Below are positions 1 through 12,527 of a DNA stretch of 64,000 nt, piece after piece. The position numbers and the translations under genes were made by a program. This DNA is from Torpedo marmorata (Eukaryota), in the NCBI GenBank assembly GCA_977017645.1, contig OZ360240.1:45880001-45944000 (forward strand), in the 5' to 3' direction. The first letter of the stretch is position 1. Each line of letters begins with the position of its first letter. The notes under the pieces are model-generated. The model made no database searches. It saw only the letters and a program-made list of their open reading frames with translations, and was not told the DNA's origin.

Positions 1-354
1 TTAGGTACGTGTTAATTCTGGCCATGACCAGCCTCTCAAAGCATTTCATCACAGTAAAAGTTAGTGCTACTGGGCGGTAGTGTTTGAGGCAATTCACACT
101 ACTCTTCTTGGGTACCGGGATGATTGATGCCCTTTTGAAGCAGGTGGGAACCTCTGACTGCCGCAATGAGAGGTTGAAAATGTCCGCGAACACTCTGGCT
201 AGTTGGTTGGCACAGATTTTTAGTACCCTGCCAGTTACGCCGTCAGGGCCTGACGCTTTGCGAGGGTTCACCCTCTTGAATGATGTTCTGACGTCGCCCT
301 CAGAGACAGATATCACAGGGTCCTCAGCCTTTTTAGGGATTCTAGTAGGCACTG
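1..354 (-). mobile_element. Rex1/Babar LINE fragment (RT region), runs off window; abuts CR1 ORF1
   Basis: Near-identical to 8619-8972 of the long Rex1 copy. Confidence 0.88.
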
Positions 355-3300
355 CAGTAGGGTGGGGGGGGGGGTGGTGGAGAGAAGAGAAATGTAGTGG
401 GAATCAGGGATAGTATAGTTAGGGGAATAAACAAAGTTCTCTGTCGCAGTGATAGAGATAGAGCACCCCAAAGGCTGTGTTGCCTGCCTGGTGCCTGGGT
501 TCGGGACATCTTAACTGACCTGCAGAGAAATTTGCAGTGGGAGGGGAAAGATCCATTTGCCGTAGTTCATGTGGGTACTAATGACATAGGTTCTGCTAAG
601 GGTGTTTGAGAACCAATGAACTAAATTACAAAGTAGAACCAAAAAGGTGCTAGTCTCTGGATTAGCACCAGAGCCACGTGCAAATTGGCACAAGGCCCAG
701 AAAATTAGAGAATTAAATGCATAGCTCAAGGATTGGTGTGGGAGAAGTGGGTTCCAATTCATGGGAATTTGGCACCAGTATTGGGGAAGGAAGGAACTGT
801 TCAACAGGGACGGGTTCCATCTGAATCATTATGGGACCTGGATCCATGCGAATCACATAACTAGAACTGTGGATAGGGCTTTAAACTAAATAGTAGAGGG
901 GTGGGTTCAACAGATTGGAGAGAGATGGATAAAGTCAAAGAGAAGAGTGTAGATAAAGTCAAAGCAAAAATTACAAAAGGGAAAAGTAAGAGTAGAGTGT
1001 ATAAAAGTCAAGTGCAAAGGAGGCAAAGATTACCAGATTTTAAAAGCACAATGAGCATCAGGGCACTTTATCTGAATGCCTGTAGTATTCAAAACAAGGT
1101 CAGTGAACTTGTGACACAAATCAGTACAAAAGGGTATGATTTAGTGGCCATTACAGAAATGTGGTTACAGGGTGAAGAGGACTGGGAATTAAATATCCAA
1201 GGATATCAGGTAATACGGAAGGACAGGCAGGAAGGTAAGGGAGGTGGGGTAGCGGACTTAGTTAAGGATGAGATCAGGGCAATAGTGAGAGATGATGAAA
1301 GATTTAAGGAGCAAAATGTTGAATCTATCTGGGTAGAGATTAGGAATAGTAAAGGGAAAAAAAATCACTGGTGGGAGTTGTCTGTAGGCCACCCAATAAT
1401 AACATTACAGTGGCACAGGCAATAAACCAAGAAATATCAGAGGCATGTAAGGATGGAACGGCACTATTGTGGGGGTCTTTAACATGCACATAGACTGGGT
1501 GCATCAGGTTGGTTGAGGGAACCTTGAGGAGGACTTCATAGAATGCATACGGGATGACTTTCTTGAACAGCATGTTACTGAACCTACAAGTGAACATGTT
1601 ATCTTGGATCTGGTCCTGTGCAATGAGACAGGTAAAATTAGCGATCTTGTAGTTAGGGATCCTATTGGAAAGAGGGATCACAGTATGATTAAGTTTCTCA
1701 TACAAATGGAGGGTACAATAGTTTGGCCTAAAACCGGTGTATTATGCCTAAACAAGGGAAACTACAAGGGGATGAGGGAGGAGTTGGCCAGGGTAGACTG
1801 GGAATGCAGACTATGTGGAGGGACAGTTGAGGAACAGTGGAAGACTTTCAAAATGATTTTTCACAGTGCTCATCAAAAGTATATTCCAGTTAAGAGCAAG
1901 GACAGTAAGGGTGGGGACAGCCAGCCTTGGATAACTAAGAAAATAAAAGAAGGCATCAAACTAAAAGCTTGTGCGTACAAAGTCACCAAGAGCAGTGGGA
2001 AACAAGAAGATTTGGAAAACTTTAAAAAGCAACAAAGAACCATAAAGTGAGCAATAAAGAGAGGGAAGGTAGACTATGAAAAAAAGATTAGCACAAAATA
2101 TAAAAACAGACAATAAAAGTTTTTATAATTATATAAAGTGGAAAAGGGTGGCTAAAGTGAAGGTTGGTACCTTGGAGGATGAGGAGGGGGTATTGATATT
2201 GGGTAATGAAGAAATGGCTGAGGCTTTGTATGACTATTTTGTGTCGGTCTTCACGGTGGATGACATGTCTACCATGCCAAAGGCAGATGTTATGGATGTG
2301 ATGGGAGGTGAGGACCTGGATGTAATAGCTATCACTAGAGAGGTAGTAATCAGAAAACTTGAGAGTCGAAAGATAGATAAGTTCCGTGGTCCTGATGGAA
2401 TGCATCCCAGGGTATTGAAAGAAATGGCAGAAGTTATAGTAGAGGCTTTGGTGATAATTTACCAAAATTCTCTGAACTCTGGGCAGATCCCGGTGGATTG
2501 GAAGATGGTGAATGTCACGCCACTATTCAAAAAAGAATGTAGGCAAAAGACAGGAAACTATAGGTCAGTTAGTTTAACATCTGTAGTTGGGGAAAATACT
2601 TGAAGCTATCATTAAAGAAGAAATAGCAAGACATCTGGAGCGAAATGGATCCATCAGGCAGACACAACATTGATTCAGCAAAGGCAGGTCCTGTTTGACA
2701 AACTTGCTGAAGTTCTTTGAAAATATAACGAGCGCGGTAGATAGAGGGGAGCAGATAGACATTTACCTGGATTTCCAGAAGGCTTTCGATAAGGTGGTGC
2801 ATAAAAGACATACTGTACATAAGATAAGGATTTATAGAGTTGGGGGTGATGTATTAGCATGGATAGAGGATTGGTTAACCAACAGAAAGCAGAGTTGGGG
2901 TGCAGGGGTGTTTTTCTGGTTGGCAATTGGTGGTGAGCAGGGTACCGCAGGGGTCAGTGCTGGGCCCGCAAATGTTCACATTAACGATCTGGAAGAGGGG
3001 ACAGAGTGTAATGTATCTAAGTTTGCTGATGACACTAAATTGTGAATGGGCAAGGGTCTGGCAGATGGAGTACAATGTTGGTAAATGTGAGGTTATTGAC
3101 TTTGGAAGGAAGAATGGAAGATCAGAGTATTATTTAAATAGCAAGTGATTGCAGCATACTGCTGTGCAGAAGGACTTGGGAGTGCTTGTGGATGAATCGC
3201 AAAAGGTTGGTTTGCAGGTGCAGCAGGTGATCAGAAGGCAAATGGAATTTTGGTCTTCATTGCTAGAGGGATTGAATTTAGGAGCAGGGAGGTTATGCTG

Positions 3301-3902
3301 CAACTGTACAAGGTACTGGTGAGGCTTCATCTGGAGTACTGCGTACAGTTCTGGTCTCCTTACTTGAGGAAGGATGTATTGGCTTTGGAGGTGGTGCAGA
3401 GGAGGTTCACCAAGTAAATTCCAGAGACGAGGGGGTTAGCCTATGAGAAGAGATTGAGTTGTGTAGGACTGTATTCACTGGAATTTAGAAGAATGAGAGG
3501 GGATCTTATAAAAACGTATAAAATTATGAAAGGCATAGATAAGATAGAGGTAGGTAAGTTGTTCCAATTGGTGGGAGAGACTAGAACAAGGGGACATTGC
3601 CTCAAGATTCAAGATGGTAGATTTAAGACGGAGATGAGGAGGAATTGCTTTTCGCAGAGGGTGGTGAATCTATGGAATTTGCTGCCCATTGAAGCATTGG
3701 AGGCTACCTCAGTAAATATATTTAAGACAAGGTTGGATAGATTTTTACATAGTAGGGGAATGAAGGAATATGGGGAAAAGTCAGGTAGGTGAAGATGAAC
3801 CTATCATCAGATTAGCCATGATCTTATTGAATGGCGGAGCAGGCTGGATAGGCAGGATGGCCTACTCCTGCTCCTATTTTTTATGTTATTAAGTTCATAT
3901 GT
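355..3902 (+). mobile_element. Near-full-length degenerate CR1 LINE (ORF1 SGNH-esterase part, ORF2 APE endonuclease + RT, 3' UTR)
   Basis: ORF1 DSIVRG...CLPGA...HVGTND; endonuclease YLNACSIQNK, AITEMWL, LDLVL, DHSMI; RT GPDGMHPRVLKE, YLDFQKAFDKV, VPQGSVLGP, KFADDTKL; C-terminal FSQRVVNLWN; TTATG-type tail. Many stops and frameshifts. Confidence 0.93.
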
Positions 3903-4449
3903 GCCAACATGTTGTAGGATTAGGAGACAGCAGAAGGTGAGTTGTTGGATGTGAAGTGAGGGTAAGGAAACACTATACTGCAATCTGAACTGCATTTTGT
4001 AATTACTATATAGTGGAATCTCCGTGACTCTCCGTGACTCTTATATATAGGACATTTGATGACGTCCTTCATAAAAGATAGACTAAAGCTCATGGAAGTG
4101 GAATAATTTGAAACTCTTGGCTGAGTTACAAATTGTTTGAGTGGTAAAATGCAGAGAATAGAGACTTCAGCTACTCAAACTGGCAATGTAAGACTGATGG
4201 CATGAATCTGTCTTGGGACCTTAATTATTCCAATACATTTAAATGATTTAAATATTGGGAGAATATCACATCCTAATTGGTAGATAAAAAACTGAATGTC
4301 ATTGTTGGAAAATGTGAGTGAATCTATGTTAGGTCTAAGAGGAGAAGGCTTCTGGGATGGGGATGTGAGGTGAAGGCAAAAGCATTGCTTGATGTAGGGA
4401 TGATGTTTCCAGATGGATCCACAGTGGATCAAACAAAGAGTGATATCGC

Positions 4450-5210
4450 TATCAATATCCTGGGGGTTACCATTGACCAGAACAGAACTGGATCAGCCAT
4501 ATATACAATATGACTACAAGAACAGGTCAGAGACTAGGAATCCTGTGGTGAGTAACTCACCTCCTATCTCCCTAAAGCACATCCACCATCTACAAGCCTC
4601 AAGTCAGGAGTGTGATGGAACACTCTTAACTTGCTTGGATGCATGCAGCTTCAACAACATTTCAGAAGCTCAACACCATACAGGTGATAGCAGCTTGCTT
4701 GGTGGGCATCTGATCCACAACCATTCACTCACTTCATTGCCGACACACAGTAGCGACAGTTTGTACCATCTACAAGATACTCTGCAGCAACTCATCAAGT
4801 CTCCTTAGGTGGCACCTTTCAAACCCACAACCTCAACCAGCTGAAAGGACAAGTGCAGGAAAAGCATCAGAACACCACCACCATCCTCCATGCGCATACC
4901 ATCCTGACTTGGAAATATATCGCTGATCCTTCACCATTGCTGAGTTAAATTTCTGGAACTCTCTTCTGAATAGCTTTGTAGGTACATCCCAACCTCAGGG
5001 ACTGTAGTCATTCAAGAAGGCAGGGCAATTAGGTATGGAAATTCTAGTGTGTCTTCATGAATGGTTCTGCCCTGAAACGTTGATCATTCTTTTTTCCCAA
5101 CTAATGCTGCTCAACTCAATGAACTCCTCAAGCAGATTGTGTTTTGCTTTGGGCAATTAAATGCTGGCAGACCCTATGACGCTCAGATGCACTAAATGAA
5201 TTTCTAAAAA
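4450..5210 (+). mobile_element. Old CR1/L2-clade LINE 3' fragment, interrupted by a Penelope-type fragment at ~5040-5150
   Basis: Degenerate RT C-terminal sequence and a GGGCAATTAGG...GGGCAATTAAATGCTGGC tail split by the insert. Confidence 0.5.
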
Positions 5211-5257
5211 CTTACAAATAGGTAAAATGCTGGAGTTCAAAGATGCGTTGGGATCCA

Positions 5258-5410
5258 TGAGCAAAATGCAGGCAGGCACCTGAATAAAAAAAAATGCAGG
5301 CACTTGCTTGCTTTTTGCTCGTACCTTGAAGAGGGGCTCAGGCCTGAAACATTGGTTATATATTGTTACCTTCTATGGATGCTGCGAGTCCAGCATTTTT
5401 GTGTTTTTAC
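5258..5410 (+). mobile_element. Penelope-derived foldback element fragment (inverted copy of 5955-6120)
   Basis: Matches the reverse complement of 5955-6120 including the central junction; contains TTGAAGA-GGGGCTCAGGCCT-GAAAC. Confidence 0.7.
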
Positions 5411-5951
5411 AAAGTGCAAAGACATCCTGAGCAATTTGCGATTGCTTGATGCTTGTTTGCTGAAGGTACTCACAGATGTGGACACAACGAAGTCAGAAAT
5501 TCATTAGCAAAATGGATTTAGGATAATATTTGGCCAATATCATAATGAGTGGCGAAAGAGGAGGAGGCGAAATGATTGAAAATGGAGCCACAACAATCGA
5601 GTGAGGAAAGAAGAGAGGTCCCAGTGAGAAAGAGGCTGGGGTTGCAGGGCAAAAAAGAGAAACCTTTTACATGAGAGGAGAAAGGGTACGACAATATGAG
5701 AAATCTGAAATGGAAGAAGGCATCAAAAGAGTGGATGGAAGGACCAAAGTGTGATTTCATATTTCAGGCTACTTCTTCGCGAGGTTTTGGAGAAGACAGG
5801 AAATTATAACCCATAAAAATAAAGTGAGGTGGCATGGGTTGAATGGGCTGAATTGCCTTCTGTGTCATCATATTCATGTGATAAACAGTGTGGCTTCAAT
5901 CATGTACAAGGTGACTTGTATCTAATTCAAAGCCAGGATGTCTTTGCACTT

Positions 5952-6259
5952 TGGAAAAACACAAAAATGCAGGAGGAACTCAGCAGGTCACGCAGCGTCC
6001 ACAGGAGGTAACAATATATAACCAATGTTTCGGGCCTGAGCCCTTCTTCAAGGTATGAGCAAAAAGCAAGCAGGTGCCTGCATTTTGTTTATTTAGGTGC
6101 CTGCCTGCTTTTTGCTCATACCTTGAAGAAGGGCTCAGGCCTGAAACGTTGGTTTTATATCTTTGTCTCCGATGGACACTGCGTGACCTGCTGAGTTCCT
6201 CCAGCATTTTTGTGTTTTTACTACAATCACAGCATCTGCAGACTTGCGTGTTTCACTCC
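5952..6259. mobile_element. Foldback (palindromic) Penelope-like mini-element with two hammerhead-like motifs and TSD
   Basis: Inverted arms 5955-~6072 and ~6104-6219. Flanking direct repeat ATGTCTTTGC(A/G)CTT at 5938-5951 and 6260-6273. Arm sequence is homologous to the region downstream of the Penelope ORF end at 63661-63760. Confidence 0.8.
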
Positions 6260-6919
6260 ATGTCTTTGCGCTTGTCTAGTTTTGGCAATGGGAATTGAAA
6301 AAAATAGGTATCCTGCTGGCAACATAAACTTTGCTCTCCAACAAAGTTGTGTGGATGGACAGCTGCATGGATGGAAGGGAGCATTGTGAATTTAGCTCCT
6401 GACAGTATATGGGGTGGGAAGGCCAGTGAGATAGGTGAAAGAGGCAGTTTATGTTGCAAAATGACAGTGATCTGTGCCTTGCTGAATCTTTTGGAGATTG
6501 TCCGGAAGGTGCACAGAACAGACATGGGTTTTCCCAGTGAAGATTTAAGCATGGAATGGCAAAAGGCAATGAGGAGGGCAAACGTACAATGGTAAGTGAA
6601 GGGAACAATTATTGTTTCCAAGAAGAGAAAAGGAAAGCAAAAAGAAAAAAACAACAGGAAGGGTAGGAGGCAAGAGAAAAATATTCATTCAGAGCCAAAA
6701 GGAAGAGATAATGTTCTCAGGTTCAGAGTAAAAGCCAAAATGTACATGTATTTAACATTTAATTGCTGAATCCTCTTTCCTGTTGCTCTATTCCAGTTCC
6801 CATCCCAAACCATGTTTTCTATTTTTGTACTGCATCTGGGAATTTAAAGTCAGTTAATTAAATAAATATGGAGTAAGATACGATCAATACTTGTAACTAT
6901 GGAACAAGCAGATTATCTT

Positions 6920-7075
6920 AAAGCCCCATCTGGCTCACTGATGTGGGTTTGGGGAAGGAAATTTGCTGTTCTTACCCAATCTGGTTTATATGCAAGTCCA
7001 GACACAGCCACATGGTTGACTCTTAACTGGCCTCTGCAAATGCGAAGCAAACTATTCAGTTGTATCAAACCCTCC
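6920..7075 (+). mobile_element. Degenerate chondrichthyan SINE-like repeat
   Basis: CCCATCTGGCTCACT...GGGAAGGAAAT...GGTTGACTCTTAACTG motif recalled from shark repeats; not verified. Confidence 0.35.
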
Positions 7076-7388
7076 ATGAAAGTCAATAATAATAAGTAAG
7101 TATGGACTCAATACCAAGATCACCCTCACACCAGTAATGATGAAAGTTTCTGCATTAAATGAACATTTAAGCTGCGCTTGTAACCTAAAATACTTCATCA
7201 TATATCCATCCTATATCCAGTCACACCGGCAGTGTCATATCCAATGAATCTGTCAACCAATAACCACAAGATTTCCATTTCATCCCCTGTTGTACATGCA
7301 TTCAAATTTGCTAGTTATCCTAGGGTAGCCTTTCAGAAGATGCCATTGGGATGGTTGGTAGTCCATATGAGAGTTTCATCCCTACCGT

Positions 7389-10195
7389 TCAGAATCAGAA
7401 TCAGAATTTATTGTCATGAACAAGTCATGAAATTCAGTGTTTTGCGGCAGCATCATAGTGCAAACATTCATATTATTACCATCTTACGACATTACTATAA
7501 AAAACATAAATAATAGTGCACGAAACGTAAGTCACTGTCTTTGGTTCATTGATTATTCAGGAATCTGATGGCAGCGGGGAAAAAGCTGTCCTTGTACCAT
7601 TGAGTGCTCTACTTTAGGCTCCTGTACCTTGTTCCCGATAGTAGCAGAGTGAAGAGGGCATGGCCTGGGTGGTGGGGGTCTTTGAGGACGGAGGCTGCTT
7701 TTTTAAAACACCGTCTCGTGTAGATGTCCTCGATGGAGTGCAGTCTGGTGCCTGTGATGTCACAGGCTAAGTTAACAACCCTCTGGAGTTTATTCTTGTC
7801 CTGAGAGTTGGCGCCTCCATACCAGGCAGTGATGCAACCAGCCAGAATGCTCTCCACGGTACACCTGTAGAAGTTTATGAGAGCCTTCGGTGACATACCA
7901 AATCTCCTCAGGCACCTCACAAAGTATAGCTGCTGGCGAGCCTTCTTTGTGATTGCATCAATATGGAGGCTCCAGGACAGATCCTCGGAGATGTTGACAC
8001 CCAGGAATTTGAAGTTCTCGACGCTCTCCACTACTGAGCCCTCGATGAGGACTGGGTCGTGTTCCCCTGACTTCCTGCTGAAGTCCACAATCATCTCCTT
8101 GGTTTTACTGATGTTGAGCGCAAGGTTGTTGTCGTTACACCATTCAACAAGCTGATCTATCTCCCTCCTGTACGCTTCCTCATTGCCGTTTGTGATTCTG
8201 CCAACAACTGTGGTGTCATCAGCAAACTTGTAGATGGCATTGGAATTGTGCCTGGCCACACAGTTATGGATGTATAATGAGTAGAGCAGTGGACTAAGCA
8301 CGCATCCTCGGGGTGCGCCTGTGTTGATAATCAGTGAGGAGGAGACGTTGTTTCCAATTCGTATTGACTGTGGTCTTCCGATGAGAAAGTCAAGGATCCA
8401 GTTGTAGAGTTGGGTACAGATGCCTAGAGTTTGTAGCTTCTTGACCAGCACTGAGGCAATAATGGTATTGAAGGCCGAGCTGTAGTCGATGAAGAGCAGC
8501 CGTATGTATGAATTGCTGTTTTCGAGGTGATCCAGAGCTGAGTGGAGAGCCAGTGATATTGCATCTGCTGTGGAGCGATTGTGACGATAGGCGAATTGCA
8601 GTTGGTCTAGATCTTTGCTTAGGTATGTGTTAATTCTGGCCATGACCAGCCTCTCAAAGCATTTCATCACAGTAGAAGTTAGTGCTGCTGGGTGGTAGTC
8701 GTTGAGGCAGCTCACACTACTCTTCTTGGGTACCGGGATGATTGATGCCCTTTTGAAGCAGGTGGGAACCTCTGACTGCCGCAATGAAAGGTTGAAAATG
8801 TCCGTGAACACTCCGGCTAGTTTGTTGGCGCAGATTTTCATTACCCTTAGAGGTACGCCGTTAGGGCCTGACGTCTTGTGAGGGTTCACCCTCTTGAATG
8901 ATGTTCTGACGTCGCTATCAGAGACAGATATCACAGGGTCCTCAGCCTTTTCAGGGATTCTAGAAGGCACTGTTTGGTTCTTCTTCTCAAAGCGGGCATA
9001 GAAGGTGTTCAGCTCATCGGGTAGTGAAGCATCACAGCCGACTATAGTGTTTGCCCTCGCTTTGTAGGCTGTAATGGCCTGCACTCCCTGCCATAGCTGG
9101 CATGTATCTGTCTCTGTCTCCAGCTTCCTCCGGAATTGCCACTTTGCTTCAGAGATGGCCTTCCGCAGGTCGTGTCTGGTCTTCTTGTAAAGATCCCAGT
9201 CCCCGGCCTTAAATGCCCTTGTTCTCGCCCTCAGCAGGTTGCGAATTCTCTGATTCATCTAGGGCTTCTGGTTGGGGAACACCCAGTATTTGCGCGTGGG
9301 CACACACTCATCCACGCAGGTCTTGATGAAGTCGGTGACACCTGTTGCATATTCACTCAGGTCTTTGGATGAGTTCTTGAATATGTTCCAGTCCACCGAT
9401 TCAAAGCAGTCCTGAAGATGCTCCTCCGCCTCCCCCGACCATACTTTTGCCGTCCTCACCACTAGTGCTGTGGTCTTTAGTCTCTACTTGTACGCTGGGA
9501 GTAGAAGTACAGCCATGTGAGCAGACTTGCCGAAGTGCAGTCGTGGTATGGCTCGGTATGCGTACTTCATGGTGGTGTAGCAGTGGTCAAGTGTGTTGGT
9601 TCCCCTGGTCTCGCATGTGACATGTTGGTGGTAGTTTGTCAGTGACTTCTTCAGATTGGCCTGATTGAAGTCTCCTACAATGATCGGGAAGGCATCAGGA
9701 TGTGCTGTCTCATGGCTGTTTATCACAGTGCTCAGTCCCTCCAGTGCCAGCCTGACGTTAGCCTGGGGCAGAATGTACACTGCGACCAGGATGATGGCGG
9801 TGAACTCCCTCGGCAGATAGAATGGGCGACACTTGATTGCCAGATGTTCCAGGTCGGGGGAGCAGGACTGGGACATGACCGTCACGTCTGTGCACCACGA
9901 TGAATTGATGATGGCACAAACGCCGTTCTCCCCTGGCTTTTCCAGACGGCAGTGTTCAGTCAGCACGATGGAGGGTGTAGCCCTTGGGCTGCAGCGCCGT
10001 GTACGGAATGTCCGCGTTTAGCCACGTTTCTGTAAAGCACATCACGCAGCACTCCCTGATGACTCTCTGATGTTGAAGTCTGGCTTGGAGTTCAAGTTTG
10101 TTCTCCAAGGATTGTACATTGGCCAGGAGGATGGTAGGCTCCCTACCAAGCTTCAGGTCCCCCTGTAGCCCCCCTCTGCGTCCACGTGGTCCACG
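7389..10195 (-). mobile_element. Near-complete Rex1/Babar LINE (APE endonuclease + RT), inactivated by a few stops/frameshift
   Basis: LLANVQSLENK, CFTETWL, IIVGDFN, TLDHCY; [40 protein letters not shown]. ORFs 9484-9966, 9259-9462 and 7609-9258 share one frame separated by TAG stops. 3' tail ACAATAAATTCTGATTCTGATTCTGA. Confidence 0.93.
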
Positions 10196-10265
10196 TCACT
10201 GATAAAGAGGGAAAAGGCCAATGAATGACTGTCATGGTTTATGTTGGGTAGATGATCTGAGGTGA

Positions 10266-10738
10266 TCATAATCAGAATTTATTGTCATGAACAATTCATG
10301 AAATTCGGTGTTTTGCGGCAGCATCTTTGTGCAAACATTCATTTTATAATCATCTTACTATAAAGAATATAAATAATAGTGCACGAAAAGTAAGGCAGTG
10401 TCTTTGGTTCATTGATGCCCTTTTGAAGCAGGTGGGAACCTCTGACTGCCGCAATGAGAGGTTGAAAATGTCCATGAACACTCCGGTTGGTTGGTTGGCG
10501 CAGATTTTCAGTACCCTGCCAGGTACGCCGTCAGGGCCTGACGCCTTGTGAGGGTTCACCCTCTTGAATGATGTTCTGACGTCGCCCTCAGAGACAGATA
10601 TCACAGGGTCCTCAGCCTTTTCAGGGATTCTAGTAGGCACTGTTTAGTTCTACTTCTCAAAGCGGGCATAGAAGGTGTTCAGCTCATCGGGTAGTGAAGC
10701 ATCACAGCCGTCTATAGTGTTCGTCCTCGCTTTGTAGG
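10266..10738 (-). mobile_element. Rex1/Babar copy, 5'-truncated and with ~1.19 kb internal deletion
   Basis: The 3' UTR is joined directly to internal RT sequence at ATTGAT (10411-10416). Confidence 0.88.
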
Positions 10739-11922
10739 ATGAGTGAATGTCTTGAAATAAATAAAGCTGAGGTCGAATTTCAGTAGTGTAAGTGCGCCCA
10801 GGGGGGCGGTGTGGATAAACTGAGGGGTGAAGTGCTGGAAATGAATGAAGAGGGAATCGTGAGGGTTACAAACTAATTGTCACATCAGACCCGGAAGTGT
10901 CTTTGATCTCTCTGACCACTGTTGTCTTCCAGGTGTCAGCCTCTTCTTCCTGTTGACAGTAAAGGTGATGCCATTACCTGTCCCAGATAGACCCCAGCAT
11001 CTCATCCAATGACACCACCTTAGAATGACATTTTTTTCAATTTTGTTCCTTTATTGACATTGCAGGGAACTACACAAGACTTCAAGCTTCATGCTTCCTC
11101 ACTCTCTTTGAATACCTGAAATTAAAATACTGCATGTGCATTCATGCTTACCTCTTCTGATGGGAAGGACACTTGGAACAAACATGTTCAGAGAATGGGT
11201 GAGATGAAGCTCACTATTGCAGAATAAAAATCAGATCCACCTCCTAATCCCCAGAAGTTAGGGGGTTACAATTTTCCCCTCAGTCTGAGTTATGCAGTCT
11301 GTAACTTGACTTGCTCACAGTCATCTCTGGGTCCTCTCCAGAAGTCACAAGACTGAATTAATGGTTCTGAAGCCCATAACAGCTCAATAATAATGACTTG
11401 TTTGAAACATTAACTCTGTTAACATAGATGTTGGTTGACTGCTGAGTACTTTCAGAATTTTGTGGCTTAATTTACAGTAAAATACAGTATCAAAAATATG
11501 GGTAAGGTATCATTGTTCCCAAATGTCCAGAAAATTATGTCCAATATATATTTATCAGTGGTATGAAGTCATTTGGGAGTGAGTTGCTTAAGTCCAGCCC
11601 ATCGTGACATTCTACCATCTCCTACACTCATTAAAGGGAAAAAGCATTTGTGTCAGGTATTTTCTGTTCAACTTCTCCATCAACATCAATTGAAAAACAA
11701 TTAGAACAGGAAGCAGCTGAATATGTCTGCTCCAGAAAGCAGTAATCGCACTGACCAGGAGGAAATCCAGCACTGAGATATATGGACATCCAAGATGCAA
11801 GCAGTTCTGCAACTGTTTTGAGCGGATCTGCTGCAGAGGTGCGAGACCCAATTCATGGACCTTGGCACTGCAACACATCCATGTTTTTGCAATGGACAGT
11901 AGCTCCATTCTGAGACTAATTA

Positions 11923-12527
11923 CACTGGACAATGAAGAATTTGCTTCCTAAACAACTTTGGGTGTATTTTATGGATTTTGGGCTTATGATCATAAATTTT
12001 TTCTACCACGTACCGTTTTTTTAGATATAACCTATTTTTGTGATTTCCTGTCATATTTTTAGTCTACTTCAAGCATACAAAACCATGAAGTGCAACACGT
12101 CATTGAAAATTCATTTTCTGCATTCGCACTTGGACTTCTTCCCTGCTGATCTTGGTGCAGTCAGTGACGAACATGGTGAAAGGCTCCACCAGGACTTTGC
12201 GACCATGGAAAAGCGGTATCAGGGTAACTGGAATCCATCAATGCTGACCGACTATTGTTGGACACTGACATGAGAGGCATCAGATGTTGAGTGCAAATGA
12301 AAATCAGCAGCAAAACATTTTTAGGTCAGTTGAACTAATGTAATGTGTCAGCATCATTATGCGATTAAACATGCTAAATTCAATAAAAGTTAATTGAATG
12401 TTTCTCCAATTTCCTACGTGATACAGCAAATCTGACATTATCTTTGTGTTCAGCTTGAAGTTGTCTGTCATAATCCTCAACGTATTTTCAGGAAGCAAAC
12501 GTTTTGAAAAGAAATTGTTGTCCAGTG
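11923..12527 (+). mobile_element. Non-autonomous Chapaev3-like (CMC superfamily) DNA transposon, 605 bp
   Basis: 10-bp perfect TIR CACTGGACAA/TTGTCCAGTG, TTA target duplication on both sides, and a transposase C-terminal remnant SLKIHFLHSHLDFFPADLGAVSDEHGERLHQD...YCWTL. Confidence 0.78.

Noticed and set aside
5955-6219. miRNA precursor or classical MITE
   Set aside because: The arms are homologous to the Penelope terminus and TSD lengths vary among copies, so a PLE origin explains it better.
7609-9258. Host or domesticated reverse transcriptase gene
   Set aside because: Part of a multi-copy Rex1 LINE with in-frame stops on both sides.
10792-10900. CTCF-like GCGCCCAGGGGGGCGG and ETS CCGGAAGTG motifs
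   Set aside because: Imperfect or short motifs without independent support.
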